From: an uncultured delta proteobacterium
GTDB taxonomy: Bacteria; Desulfobacterota; BSN033; UBA1163
Length of the DNA: 64,000 nt
Direction of reading: 5' to 3'
Assembly: GCA_963827685.1 (NCBI GenBank)
Contig: CAWHBU010000003.1
Location: forward strand, 512,001 to 576,000
In this document: positions 19,666 through 29,025 of the stretch, in pieces
How positions within the stretch are numbered: the first letter of the stretch is position 1
Layout of the letters: the number at the start of each line of letters is the position of its first letter
Position numbers and translations under genes: made by a program
The notes under the pieces: model-generated
What the model was told of the DNA's origin: nothing
The model's database searches: none
What the model saw: only the letters and a program-made list of their open reading frames with translations

Positions 19666-19703
19666 AAAGCTCTAAGGCAGCACAAGTATCGCCTTAGAGC
19701 TTT
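19666..19703. terminator. 13-bp perfect hairpin overlapping stop of micro-ORF B
   Basis: aaagctctaaggc-N12-gccttagagcttt. Confidence 0.65.
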
Positions 19704-19735
19704 TGCCAGAGCATCTTCTGGAAGGACCTTTTCAT
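19694..19735 (-). CDS. micro-ORF B, MKRSFQKMLWQKL (13 aa)
   Basis: GGAG RBS 6 nt upstream; paralog of micro-ORF A with a synonymous CAA/CAG change. Confidence 0.55.
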   Translation of the reverse strand: MKRSFQKMLWQKL

Positions 19736-19868
19736 CGTTCACTCCAGGAGGTTATAAGCACTAATGGGTTGATGGGTTAATGCTTTAAAAAGTCAACTCC
19801 TTTTTTAGAGAATGCATAAATGATAAGTTACGGGCGATCTCGAAGAGAAAAATATCATTTTATTATAC

Positions 19869-19883
19869 GCAAACCACGTGCCA
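19869..19883 (-). promoter_or_regulatory. sigma54 (-24/-12) promoter
   Basis: minus strand TGGCAC-GTGGT-TTGC, consensus match, facing the micro-ORFs. Confidence 0.75.
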
Positions 19884-20417
19884 GTCATTGGATGTCCAAA
19901 TAAATTGTTGATAACAACCTGATGCTTAAGGTATTTTCCTCTCTCCATCATTTTCGAGAAGCCACCAAAACACAACTAAGGAATTGCCTACTTTAATAGG
20001 CAGTTCATAAGAAAATGGGCAACCCTTCGTGACAGGTACGTCACCCTCGAATCCCGCACTTGGCTAATAAAATTTTCCGACTTTTTGGGTTAAGGTCAGG
20101 GTTACGAAGCCCGTTTCGTACAATGAACGATGGACAATGAACAAAGAAGATAATACACTGTTCATCGTTTATCGTTTAATGTTCATCGTCCCTAAATAAC
20201 ACATGCATCGTCACCCAGAATGGACACAGCCTCATCATACCACAGAAGAGGTTACAGATTGGTAACAGATTCGCAAAAAAATGAGGAATCTTTTTATCTT
20301 GCGTTCTATCGCCTTGAATTCGAGGCTCGCTTCTTTCTTAAGCTCTTGTTTATTTTAACTTTTTCAAGGCGCCCTCTTTCAGGACTCAAGATTCTCCTGG
20401 TAGGCGGAATAGAGAAG

Positions 20418-20512
20418 AAAGGCCACCCTATCTTGCGGTCTTTTTTGCTTGACATACAACTCCGTTTCTCTTATGTTCAACCCAACCCGAAGCGAGTTCT
20501 CATCATTCATTC
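20418..20512 (+). promoter_or_regulatory. sigma70-type promoter module (TTGACA-N17-TATGTT)
   Basis: -35 at 20449-20454, -10 at 20472-20477; inverted homolog of 8135-8228. Confidence 0.65.
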
Positions 20513-20560
20513 GCTATCAGTCATTCTTCATCACTAATCACTCTTTTCAGGAGGGCTTTC

Positions 20561-21349
20561 ATGACAAATCAAATGGTCAAATGGGAAGTGAAAGACGGTA
20601 TCGGCGTAATCACCCTCAACCGCCCGGAAAAGCGCAACGCCATTAACGGAGAGGTACTGGAAGGAATCAACAATGCATTCTCGGAACTCAGCCTGAGCTT
20701 GGAAGCCAAAGTTATTCTGCTCCAGGGTGCCGGTCCGGCCTTCTCTGCGGGCATTGATTTTAACTACCTGGCCGATACTGCCCAGGATCATGGGAGGGCC
20801 TCCGGGATCGGCCTCCGAGAGCGTATTGATGCGATTCACACCATCTTCAATCGGATTGAACGCATTGAAAAGCCTGTAGTGGCCAAAATTCAGGGCTTCT
20901 GTGGCGGGTTGGGGCTGGAACTGGCTTTGACAGCCGATTTCCGAGTCGCCTCCGAGAACGCAACACTGGGGGTTCCCGAGATTATCCTGGGGATCATTCC
21001 GGATTGTGGCGGAACGACCCGGTTAACGCGTATGCTCGGTCCAGCCTGGGCCAAGGAGCTGATTATGACTGGGGACATGATCTCTGCCCGGAGAGCTTAT
21101 GAGATCGGCCTGATCAATCGGATCTTTCCCGATGCCCAACTCGAAGAGCAAACCAATCTCTTTTTGGCTAAACTGCTCCAAAGGCCTTCCCTGGCCCTGG
21201 GACTGGCCAAACGGGCTATCGATTGGGGGGTGGGGCTGGACAAGATGACCCACATGGAGATCGAAGCGCTGGTCCAGAGTCTTTTGGTTACGGCGAAAGA
21301 TTTCCCCGAGACTTTGCAAAAAGGTTTTGCCACATTGCTAAGAAAATAA
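20561..21349 (+). CDS. enoyl-CoA hydratase/isomerase (crotonase) family
   Basis: TLNRPEKRNA, FSAGID, GGLGLELAL, PEIILGIIPDCGG. Confidence 0.95.
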   Translation: MTNQMVKWEVKDGIGVITLNRPEKRNAINGEVLEGINNAFSELSLSLEAKVILLQGAGPAFSAGIDFNYLADTAQDHGRASGIGLRERIDAIHTIFNRIERIEKPVVAKIQGFCGGLGLELALTADFRVASENATLGVPEIILGIIPDCGGTTRLTRMLGPAWAKELIMTGDMISARRAYEIGLINRIFPDAQLEEQTNLFLAKLLQRPSLALGLAKRAIDWGVGLDKMTHMEIEALVQSLLVTAKDFPETLQKGFATLLRK

Positions 21350-21356
21350 ATGGGAT

Positions 21357-21962
21357 CAGTAGTGTCCCAACGTTTTACGCATAGGGACATGTAAGCCTTT
21401 AAATCTAACAGGAATTGAGCCGAAAATTTTTTTTCGATTTCAATATCCCAATAGGCCGTACTTCTGCATCACCACAGAAGGAGATGGCCCGTGAACTCCG
21501 GAAAAACGATCTTTGCCCAGCTCATGGAGTTCTCACCCGCTTACGAATTTCAAAAATGCGTTCAACGATACAACGGCCACTACAAAGTGAAACACTTTTC
21601 TTGCTGGAACCAATTTCTCTGCATGGCCTTCGCCCAACTGACTTATCGAGAAAGCCTCCGAGATATCGAGGCCTGTCTCCGTTCGGTCCAACGGAAACTC
21701 TATCATGCGGGCTTCCGAGGGAACGCCTCGCACAATACTCTGGCTCATGCCAACCAGGTCAGAGATTGGCGAATCTATGCCGACTTTGCCCAGATCCTTA
21801 TCAGCAAGGCTCGTCGCCTCTACACAATTCTACAGATTTTGAGTATCACCCTTTTCGAGAAAACGCCCATTTTAGAGGCTCTTTCGATCATTCGAACCAA
21901 AGAATTAGAGCATGTACCTTGTAACCAGTTTACTTTATTCGATTAACGTTGGGACACTACTG
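21357..21962 (+). mobile_element. non-autonomous IS4-family deletion derivative (606 bp)
   Basis: perfect 18-bp terminal IR cagtagtgtcccaacgtt / aacgttgggacactactg. Confidence 0.88.
21491..21946 (+). pseudogene. IS4 transposase with in-frame internal deletion of the DDE core
   Basis: DUF4372-type N-terminus (FAQLTYRESLRDIE) fused directly to C-terminal LYTILQILSITLFEKTPI. Confidence 0.85.
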
Positions 21963-22066
21963 TTCCAAAATATAAACGTCGAATGATTGGTCCGCCCCCA
22001 TTTATTGGGGGCGAGACCGATAAGATCAAGGCAGGCACGGAGGCCTGCCGTACAAAAAAATAATTT

Positions 22067-23572
22067 ATGCGATTTCTACTGGTTGATCCACCCCATAAAA
22101 TCTGGACTATTCTTCGAGCCTGGACCCCTTCACCGGGATGCCTCCAATTATTAGCCTATTTGGAAAGGGAGCAATTGGACATCGAATACATGGATTGCAC
22201 CCTTAACGATAATCCCTGGAGGGATCTTGAGGAGAAAATTCGAAGAGAGAAACCCGATGTCGTGGGCATCTCTGTCATCTGCACAGCCTTCCTCTATGAT
22301 GGGATGAATGCGGCCAGTCTGATTAAAGCGGCCAATCCTAAAACGATCATCATCATGGGAGGGGAACATCCTTCCTTTATGGCCGAAGAGACACTCCGTG
22401 ATTGTCCAGCCATCGATTATATCTGTGTGGGAGAGGGAGAGGTCACACTCGCTGAATTTCTCCGCACCGTTGAGAAGAAGGGAGATCTCTCCCGCGTCTT
22501 GGGCCTTGCCTATCTCAATGAGAAAAAAGAATTCGTCTATACCGGTGATCGGCCCTTCATTAAAGATCTCGACACCCTTCCGATGCCTGCCTATCATCTC
22601 GCCAAGATGAATCATCCTTTTGTGACACTTCCCTCGGAAGGAAAAAGAGGGCTCGTGGTCAATTTTTCAAGAGGATGCCTCTGGGATTGCACCTTCTGTT
22701 CAGAATCGGCGTTTTATAGGAAGACGTGGAGGAGACGGAGTCCAAAACTGATCGCCGATGAGCTTGAGCTTCTCAAAGAGAAATATAATAAGGATATCTT
22801 CTATGTGGGTGACAATACCTTCAATGTCCAACGCGAGCAGGGGGTTGGCTTCATCGAGGAGATGCTCAAGCGAAAGACGAACCAGCACTTCTGGTTACAA
22901 TCGAGAGCAGACCTCATTATTCGGGACGGAGACCTGCTCGATGGCTTCCGTGAGGCCGGGGTCTATCAATTTATGATGGGACTCGAATATCATTCTGATG
23001 CCGTTCTCAAGGACATCAAAAAGCACCAAACCACTGAGCAGGCGGTCAAGGCAATGGAGCTTCTGAAAAAACATAAGCTCATGGTCATGGCCACCCTTTT
23101 AATCGGGCACTGGAACGAAACAGAAAAAGACCGTAACGAGTTTTTCAATTTCTTTGGAAAATATGTGGACCATTTCGGCCTGAACCTCATTACCCCTCTT
23201 CCGGGAACCCCTCTTTTTAAACAGATGAAAGAATTGGGAAGGATCAAGGATTGGGATTATCGGAATTATGACTATCTCCATGCCGTGATGTCGGCCAAAG
23301 AGGTGGAAGATCTCGAACAGTTAAACCTCATCTATCGAGACATCATGAGGCGTTACTACTGGCGACCCAGAGAAATGCTCAAGATGTTTTCACCCAATCC
23401 CATTTTGAGGCACCATCACCGATATTACATCACCAAAGTCGCTTTCAACATTATGATGCACGAAGTCTTCGGAACACCGATCTGGGTGCAACCCAACTAT
23501 GAGGAGTATAAAGATTATTTAGTGCAGAGGGGAGAGGCGCTTCCCAAAGAGTTGATGGCTTGGGCCAAATAG
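22067..23572 (+). CDS. B12-binding domain radical SAM protein
   Basis: N-terminal cobalamin-binding fold (GGEHPS, GEGE), SRGCLWDCTFC CxxxCxxC, TPLPGT. Confidence 0.93.
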   Translation: MRFLLVDPPHKIWTILRAWTPSPGCLQLLAYLEREQLDIEYMDCTLNDNPWRDLEEKIRREKPDVVGISVICTAFLYDGMNAASLIKAANPKTIIIMGGEHPSFMAEETLRDCPAIDYICVGEGEVTLAEFLRTVEKKGDLSRVLGLAYLNEKKEFVYTGDRPFIKDLDTLPMPAYHLAKMNHPFVTLPSEGKRGLVVNFSRGCLWDCTFCSESAFYRKTWRRRSPKLIADELELLKEKYNKDIFYVGDNTFNVQREQGVGFIEEMLKRKTNQHFWLQSRADLIIRDGDLLDGFREAGVYQFMMGLEYHSDAVLKDIKKHQTTEQAVKAMELLKKHKLMVMATLLIGHWNETEKDRNEFFNFFGKYVDHFGLNLITPLPGTPLFKQMKELGRIKDWDYRNYDYLHAVMSAKEVEDLEQLNLIYRDIMRRYYWRPREMLKMFSPNPILRHHHRYYITKVAFNIMMHEVFGTPIWVQPNYEEYKDYLVQRGEALPKELMAWAK

Positions 23573-23910
23573 TCAAACCATGCCTTCTGGAGCGCCATCC
23601 TCCTTCTGGGAATGAGGGCAATGGGTGCAAACCTCAAGGTAAAGAATTGCTCCGCTTGATCGCGAAAGGTGAGATTGAAGAGGACGGTATCCGTTCCATA
23701 GTAATTATCACGACTGAGGAAGATCTTTTCCATTTTGGAGAAGGGAATTTGTAAATGGATTCTCTCGCCCCCCTTCCCTTCCGGAGCCTCGAAGGCAACC
23801 TTGTCTGTCTCCACCCAAAGGCGTCCCTTCCGTCTCGTTCCTTTAACCGGAAGCCCTCCATAGTAGTAAGCATGGCAAGGTTTAGGGGTCATCAGAATGA
23901 AATATAGCAC
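23515..23910 (-). CDS. hypothetical protein (possible PH-like beta fold)
   Basis: 131-aa ORF with YYGG motif and beta-rich pattern; overlaps radical SAM 3' end. Confidence 0.55.
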   Translation of the reverse strand: MLYFILMTPKPCHAYYYGGLPVKGTRRKGRLWVETDKVAFEAPEGKGGERIHLQIPFSKMEKIFLSRDNYYGTDTVLFNLTFRDQAEQFFTLRFAPIALIPRRRMALQKAWFDYLAQAINSLGSASPLCTK

Positions 23911-24091
23911 GGAGGTCCTTCTTCAGCAATAGGGAGAAAATCATCCAAATTCCGATTTAGAAAATTGCCATTGCGAGGGAACCGAAGCAATCTCGCATTT
24001 TTCGATCAGATTGGAAAATGGGTTTCGTTCTCTAAATCGGATTTCGCGAAATGATCCGGACATTTTTATTGAACGGAGAAGAGGTTGAAGA

Positions 24092-24376
24092 ATGAAAAAA
24101 GAGGCTCGATCCGATTTTTCCAAAAGATTGAAGAAAAATAGGGAGGCGCTGGATTTCCTTGATCGAAAACTATTAACCCTCCTCAATCAACGGCTCCGCA
24201 TCACTCTGGAGATAGGAAAAATCAAAAAAGGGATCGACAAGAAGATTTATGATCCCGAGAGGGAAAAAGAAATTTTAGAAAGGTTACAACGAAAAAATAA
24301 AGGCCCTCTGAACGAAGAAGATTTAAAAAAAATATTTATGACGATCATGAAGATATGCCGGCGGTCTCAAATCTAA
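24092..24376 (+). CDS. chorismate mutase type II (AroQ), monofunctional
   Basis: R..LD.LDRKLLTLLNQR...IGKIK...IYDPEREKEIL. Confidence 0.85.
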   Translation: MKKEARSDFSKRLKKNREALDFLDRKLLTLLNQRLRITLEIGKIKKGIDKKIYDPEREKEILERLQRKNKGPLNEEDLKKIFMTIMKICRRSQI

Positions 24377-24429
24377 GTATGTCAAACATACGAACCATAC
24401 TGGCTTTCATAAGAAATTGGATCCCTTCA

Positions 24430-24533
24430 CCCCGTTAGAAATAATGCCCCACTGCTCTGCAGTCCCGCTATAGCGGGATTACATTCTAAATAATTCCGGC
24501 GGGGTTCAATGCCCCGCTGTAATTTCTAACGGG
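24430..24533. repeat. REP/MITE-like palindromic element
   Basis: terminal IR cccgttagaaat / atttctaacggg with internal hairpins. Confidence 0.7.
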
Positions 24534-24535
24534 GC

Positions 24536-26092
24536 TCACTTTGCAACGGGAATCATGATTTTTTCCGCAGGGCCGGCGCCCTGCAATACTGCCTGGGATG
24601 CCCGTTTTCCACTTTCCATGGCAGTGGGAACTCCACCCATGAAAATCGTCGAGAAAGCCTGATAACCCGCCATATAAAACCCCTTCATCGGCGTCCTCAC
24701 CAACTCCCGAGGATGGGTATCCTGACAATCTTCATAATTCCACGACCAACCTGCCACGGCTCCCCCACTCCTGCCACCCTGCTCCTCAAAAGTGAGAGGA
24801 GTGGCTATATCCGTGACTAAAATCGCCTTCTCCAACCCCGGAATGAGATTCTCAACTTCCCGGACTAAAGCTCTGCCCAGCCGGATTTTGTAATCCTGGT
24901 ACAGAGGAAGCCTTTTCCCCCAGGCGGGGCGATATTTAGCAAAATGGGAATGATCAGCTTCGGTGCGAATCACAATGATCTCTGTTCCCGCAGGACAAAG
25001 CGTCCTGTCCCCCTTGCTCCACAAACTGACTTCCAGTTCCCGACCGGCAAGGTCTTCAGGATTAACTTCATCTCCATTCCAATCGAGCTCTTCGGTGGAA
25101 TTTCCCTTGCCTCGCTTATAAATCAGCCTGTCGGCTTTCTCGAAAGAAGAGAGATCAACTCTGTTCGCATCCACACCCAAACATACTTGCAGATTTGACC
25201 TGGTCTGCTTGGCGTTGTGCACAGCGCAATACCACTCTTCAGGAACGGCTTTTGAGTCGATCAGTTTGATAAAGGTAGTTTTATAGTCAGCATTAGAAAT
25301 CACGGCGTCGGAATCGATCTTCAGGCCGTCCTTGAGTGTCACACCCAAAACCTTACCCTTCTCTACTCGAATCTCTTTTACCTCTGTTCCCAATCTCATC
25401 TCACCGAAGTCTCTCGTATTGGAGACTTGATGCTCTCCCCGATGTCCAATGACTGCTTGGGCCAACCTCTCGCACAATGAACGCATGCCTCCAGCGGGAT
25501 ACCATATCCCCTCTTTGGCCATGGAGTTCCACATGGCAGCAAGCCACGGGAGGCTGCTGTAAGGCTCCTGAGTCCCCTGACTGCCCAGGATTCGGCGCAG
25601 TCTCCAATCATTGACCAAGCTTGAGAGATACTCTAAAACCGGCTTCTCTGACGCTTTCTCAAGAACGGAGCGATTGAAGGCATTATCTGGAGACTTCATA
25701 GCAGACAAAATCTCTTCCATATCCTTAAAAAATTGTTTGACAGATTTGCCCTCTTCGGGAAAAAGTTTTGTCAGCTCTTCGATCATCTCTGAGAAGGTAA
25801 CCGAAAGAGGGATTTCCAGATCAAACGCTTTGATTCGATACTGCATCTGTGAAAGTTTTAGATCGTCTCCATCCAGCGCATGGAGGGTGTCTCTCACAAT
25901 CGAAGGAGTGCTGAAACCAAGAGGACCCATAGGAAAGGTGAACCCTTTTCGTTTATACGCATAAGCCGTGCCACCGGGATGCGGGTTTTTCTCCAGAACT
26001 AAAACACGTAATCCCGCTTTCACCAGCATGGCGGCGGCCGTAAGACCCCCTATTCCTGCACCCACAATAATCACATCCCACTGATCAGACAT
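24536..26092 (-). CDS. phytoene desaturase-family FAD/NAD(P)-dependent oxidoreductase
   Basis: IVGAGIGGL, EKNPHPGG, YPAGGM, ATPLTF, GGVPTAMESG. Confidence 0.9.
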   Translation of the reverse strand: MSDQWDVIIVGAGIGGLTAAAMLVKAGLRVLVLEKNPHPGGTAYAYKRKGFTFPMGPLGFSTPSIVRDTLHALDGDDLKLSQMQYRIKAFDLEIPLSVTFSEMIEELTKLFPEEGKSVKQFFKDMEEILSAMKSPDNAFNRSVLEKASEKPVLEYLSSLVNDWRLRRILGSQGTQEPYSSLPWLAAMWNSMAKEGIWYPAGGMRSLCERLAQAVIGHRGEHQVSNTRDFGEMRLGTEVKEIRVEKGKVLGVTLKDGLKIDSDAVISNADYKTTFIKLIDSKAVPEEWYCAVHNAKQTRSNLQVCLGVDANRVDLSSFEKADRLIYKRGKGNSTEELDWNGDEVNPEDLAGRELEVSLWSKGDRTLCPAGTEIIVIRTEADHSHFAKYRPAWGKRLPLYQDYKIRLGRALVREVENLIPGLEKAILVTDIATPLTFEEQGGRSGGAVAGWSWNYEDCQDTHPRELVRTPMKGFYMAGYQAFSTIFMGGVPTAMESGKRASQAVLQGAGPAEKIMIPVAK

Positions 26093-26454
26093 GATGAAAA
26101 ACGTAACACAGGCTACAATATTGAACAAGAACTTCTGAAAACTTTGTTGGAAGATTTTTTGTTTATTTTTTAAGAAGTTAGAGAATGGTTTCTGTCACGG
26201 GAAAAAAGAAATAGAAAATGCCGCATCGGCCAAGTTGCCGCTATCACAAAGGTTAACGCTGCGCTAAGATAGTTCTGAATGGTAACGATTATTTTCTGAT
26301 GGAGTGATATTTCGATCTTTTCCCATGATTTGGCTTTTCATTAGGAAATCGACGGCATATGACGGTCAAAAAATGCCATAGGTTTTACCCCTATGAAATT
26401 CTATTTTTTTAGGAAACCATTAAATATCAACTTGTTATATGAATTGATTGTTTT

Positions 26455-26470
26455 TGGCATTGAAATTGCT
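26455..26470 (+). promoter_or_regulatory. sigma54 promoter
   Basis: TGGCATTGAAATTGCT upstream of 26520. Confidence 0.7.
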
Positions 26471-26519
26471 GCCCCCAGGGGGGAACAGAAAAATTCTGGA
26501 GTCAAAGAGGTAATGCTTT

Positions 26520-26702
26520 ATGGCAATTGTAGAAGGAGACAGATTCAGGGACAAATTAACCGGACAGTCCTTCGTCGTGAAGAAAATCATGGACAGTACC
26601 GTTATTCTGGAAGCCGAAGATACGCCCAATAGGTTTTGTCTCAGCAATGCAGTTGTGGAATTACTTTTCGAGAGGACAGAAAATAAAAAAAATATAAACT
26701 AA
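26520..26702 (+). CDS. small hypothetical protein (SH3-like pattern), paralog of 52115-52291
   Basis: GD.(F/V)R..L.G..(F/Y).VKKI....(V/A).LE shared by both. Confidence 0.65.
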   Translation: MAIVEGDRFRDKLTGQSFVVKKIMDSTVILEAEDTPNRFCLSNAVVELLFERTENKKNIN

Positions 26703-27772
26703 ATTTTTCCACTTACCTTATGATCTAATGCCTTCTGTCTGAGCAAATGATCGACAAGAACAATACCCACCATCGCTTCACAGACAAGGTTGATCCTTGG
26801 AATGGCTGAGACATCGTGTCTGCCTTTGATTCGCAGTGAGACAGGTCGCATCGCTTGATCAACCGTCCTCTGCTCCAAACTGATCGAGGGAATAGGTTTC
26901 ACAGCCACACGTAGAACAATATCCGCTCCATTCGATATTCCCCCCAGAATCCCTCCAGCGTCGTTTTTCTCGAATCCCTCTGGCCCTAAGGGGTCATTGG
27001 ATTGTGATCCAAACATCCGGGCCACCCCAAACCCGGCCCCAATCTCCACGCCTCGCACTGCGCCGATGCTCATCAATGCCTTAGCGAGATCAGCCTCTAA
27101 TTTATCGAATACCGGCTCTCCCAATCCTGGAGGACAACCTCGCACAAGGATCTCCACAATACCTCCTAATGTATCCCCTCGTGCTTTCGTCTCCTCGATC
27201 TTCCTTTCCATCGCCGCAGCGGCTTTCCGATCCGGACAACGCAAAACATTTCTTTCGATTTCCTCATCATCTATCTTTTCCGCTCGAATCCCTCCGAGCT
27301 CTAATGTGTAAGCAAGGATCTCAACCTTTTCTTTTCCCAGAATCTTTTTGGCCACTGCCCCTGCTGCCACCCTCCCAACGGTCTCTCTCGCTGAAGCCCT
27401 CCCTCCACCTCGGTGATCTCGGATTCCGTACTTAGCCTGATAGGTAAAATCAGCGTGACCGGGTCGGAAGACCTCCTTCCATTCTTCATATGAACTGGAA
27501 TCAACGTCTTCATTTCTGATCACAAGGGAGATGGGTGTTCCTGTCGTCCTTCCTTCAAAGATGCCCGAGAGAATCTCCACCTTGTCTCCTTCTTTTCTCG
27601 GACTTGATCCCTTCCCCTGACCTGGCCTTCTTTCGTTGAGCTCCTTCTGAATGTCTCCACTTGAAAGGTCTATCCTGGGTGGGCAGCCATCAATCACCAC
27701 TCCCAGGGCTTTCCCATGGGATTCTCCCCACGTGGTAATCTTAAAAAGCGTTCCGAATGAATTCCCTGCCAT
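26699..27772 (-). CDS. aroC: chorismate synthase
   Basis: [25 protein letters not shown]. Confidence 0.97.
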   Translation of the reverse strand: MAGNSFGTLFKITTWGESHGKALGVVIDGCPPRIDLSSGDIQKELNERRPGQGKGSSPRKEGDKVEILSGIFEGRTTGTPISLVIRNEDVDSSSYEEWKEVFRPGHADFTYQAKYGIRDHRGGGRASARETVGRVAAGAVAKKILGKEKVEILAYTLELGGIRAEKIDDEEIERNVLRCPDRKAAAAMERKIEETKARGDTLGGIVEILVRGCPPGLGEPVFDKLEADLAKALMSIGAVRGVEIGAGFGVARMFGSQSNDPLGPEGFEKNDAGGILGGISNGADIVLRVAVKPIPSISLEQRTVDQAMRPVSLRIKGRHDVSAIPRINLVCEAMVGIVLVDHLLRQKALDHKVSGKI

Positions 27773-27897
27773 ATTGACCTCACAAATTTATAAAAACATA
27801 AATCTCTTAGAATCTTGCAGACTACGGTGCAGTCAGAATCAGGCGGGTGCCCCCAAGGCCACTGACCGGTCAAACGTGATGCAGAGCCCCTCCTCAT

Positions 27898-29025
27898 TTA
27901 CAAACTCTCCAGAAGATTCTTCCAAGCTTGACGGTGGGACGGCTGAGTGTTCCAAAAATCCAGATGCTCACCAACTTTTTGAAGGAACGTTGTACGGATG
28001 TGTTCTCCTCCGAGCGCTAGAACACTTCTGGCAAGATCGAAAAAGTCGAAGACATAGAGGTTCTGACCACTAGCAAATGCACGCGTGATACGCTCGTCGA
28101 CGGCGGACTGCTCAGCCTTTTTTACTGTCGGAGCCGTAAAGAAAATATCCTTAATCTTACGTTTCCTGCATTTCCGAAGTGTTCCCTCAACGTCGGTCAG
28201 CGTCAGCGTACGTTCTTTTACCTCGATCGCCAAAACGACTTCACCTTGAGCATTTACACATTCCAAATCGGCGGTCTGACCGATGGCCTCATCGCTAGCA
28301 TTAATTCGTGCGCGATCAACCTTCGCATAAAGACCAAAGTGAATTCCTACTGCGTCAAAGAGTGCACCACAGAGAGCTAGACCTCGATCTCCTCCAGATT
28401 TCTGTTCCAAAAACCGGTGAGCAAGGGAGAGAGCATTTTCCAGGCTGATTCTCGGCGGCAGTGGGTAAGTAAACCGAAGAGATTTCTGCCGCCGAAATAT
28501 TTCTAGCAATACCTGTCGAAAAACCGCCTCGGTGAAGTCCGGGTTACCCTGCGACTCTACCTGTTCCAAAACGTCCACAAGAGTGTTCCAGCCTGCTACA
28601 TCCTTCTTGCTTTGGTCATCACGCACCATACGAGGAATTCGCATGGGGTTGCCTACGTAAGGGTCGTTTGACGTGCCCAGAACGTTTTCCTCCTTTTGAT
28701 TGAAAGGCGCGACAGCTTTACTTCCCAGGCTCCGTGCATCCCATCCAGTGACGTCGTTTGGATCTCCCCTTTTCTTCTGTAAACGCAGGCAATCAAGCTT
28801 TGCGTTGGTTAGCTTCCCCAGAAGCTGGATCGGGAGGCAAAAACGATAGGCTACTTGTTTGTGGTTGACTGAATCATGAATTGCCTGGCGCAGAGAGACA
28901 TCAGCAATATATTCAATATCGGGCTTTCCGCTGGCTTCAGCCACGACGGCTTGCCAGTGCGTCTCAAGCAAGTCCCCGGCCTGCCTTAAGTCAAGGGTTT
29001 CTCTATCGCCGTCTTTTCTTGTCAT
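27898..29025 (-). CDS. type II restriction endonuclease, SacI-like PD-(D/E)XK
   Basis: ASD...ADLEC...AIEVK motif; directly downstream of and overlapping a DNA MTase; start uncertain (29025 or 29058). Confidence 0.75.
   Translation of the reverse strand: MTRKDGDRETLDLRQAGDLLETHWQAVVAEASGKPDIEYIADVSLRQAIHDSVNHKQVAYRFCLPIQLLGKLTNAKLDCLRLQKKRGDPNDVTGWDARSLGSKAVAPFNQKEENVLGTSNDPYVGNPMRIPRMVRDDQSKKDVAGWNTLVDVLEQVESQGNPDFTEAVFRQVLLEIFRRQKSLRFTYPLPPRISLENALSLAHRFLEQKSGGDRGLALCGALFDAVGIHFGLYAKVDRARINASDEAIGQTADLECVNAQGEVVLAIEVKERTLTLTDVEGTLRKCRKRKIKDIFFTAPTVKKAEQSAVDERITRAFASGQNLYVFDFFDLARSVLALGGEHIRTTFLQKVGEHLDFWNTQPSHRQAWKNLLESL

Noticed and set aside
19247-19745. Known riboswitch class for the duplicated hairpin units
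   Set aside because: I could not match c-di-GMP, SAM, TPP, glycine, fluoride, Moco or yybP consensus by eye; an Rfam search is needed.
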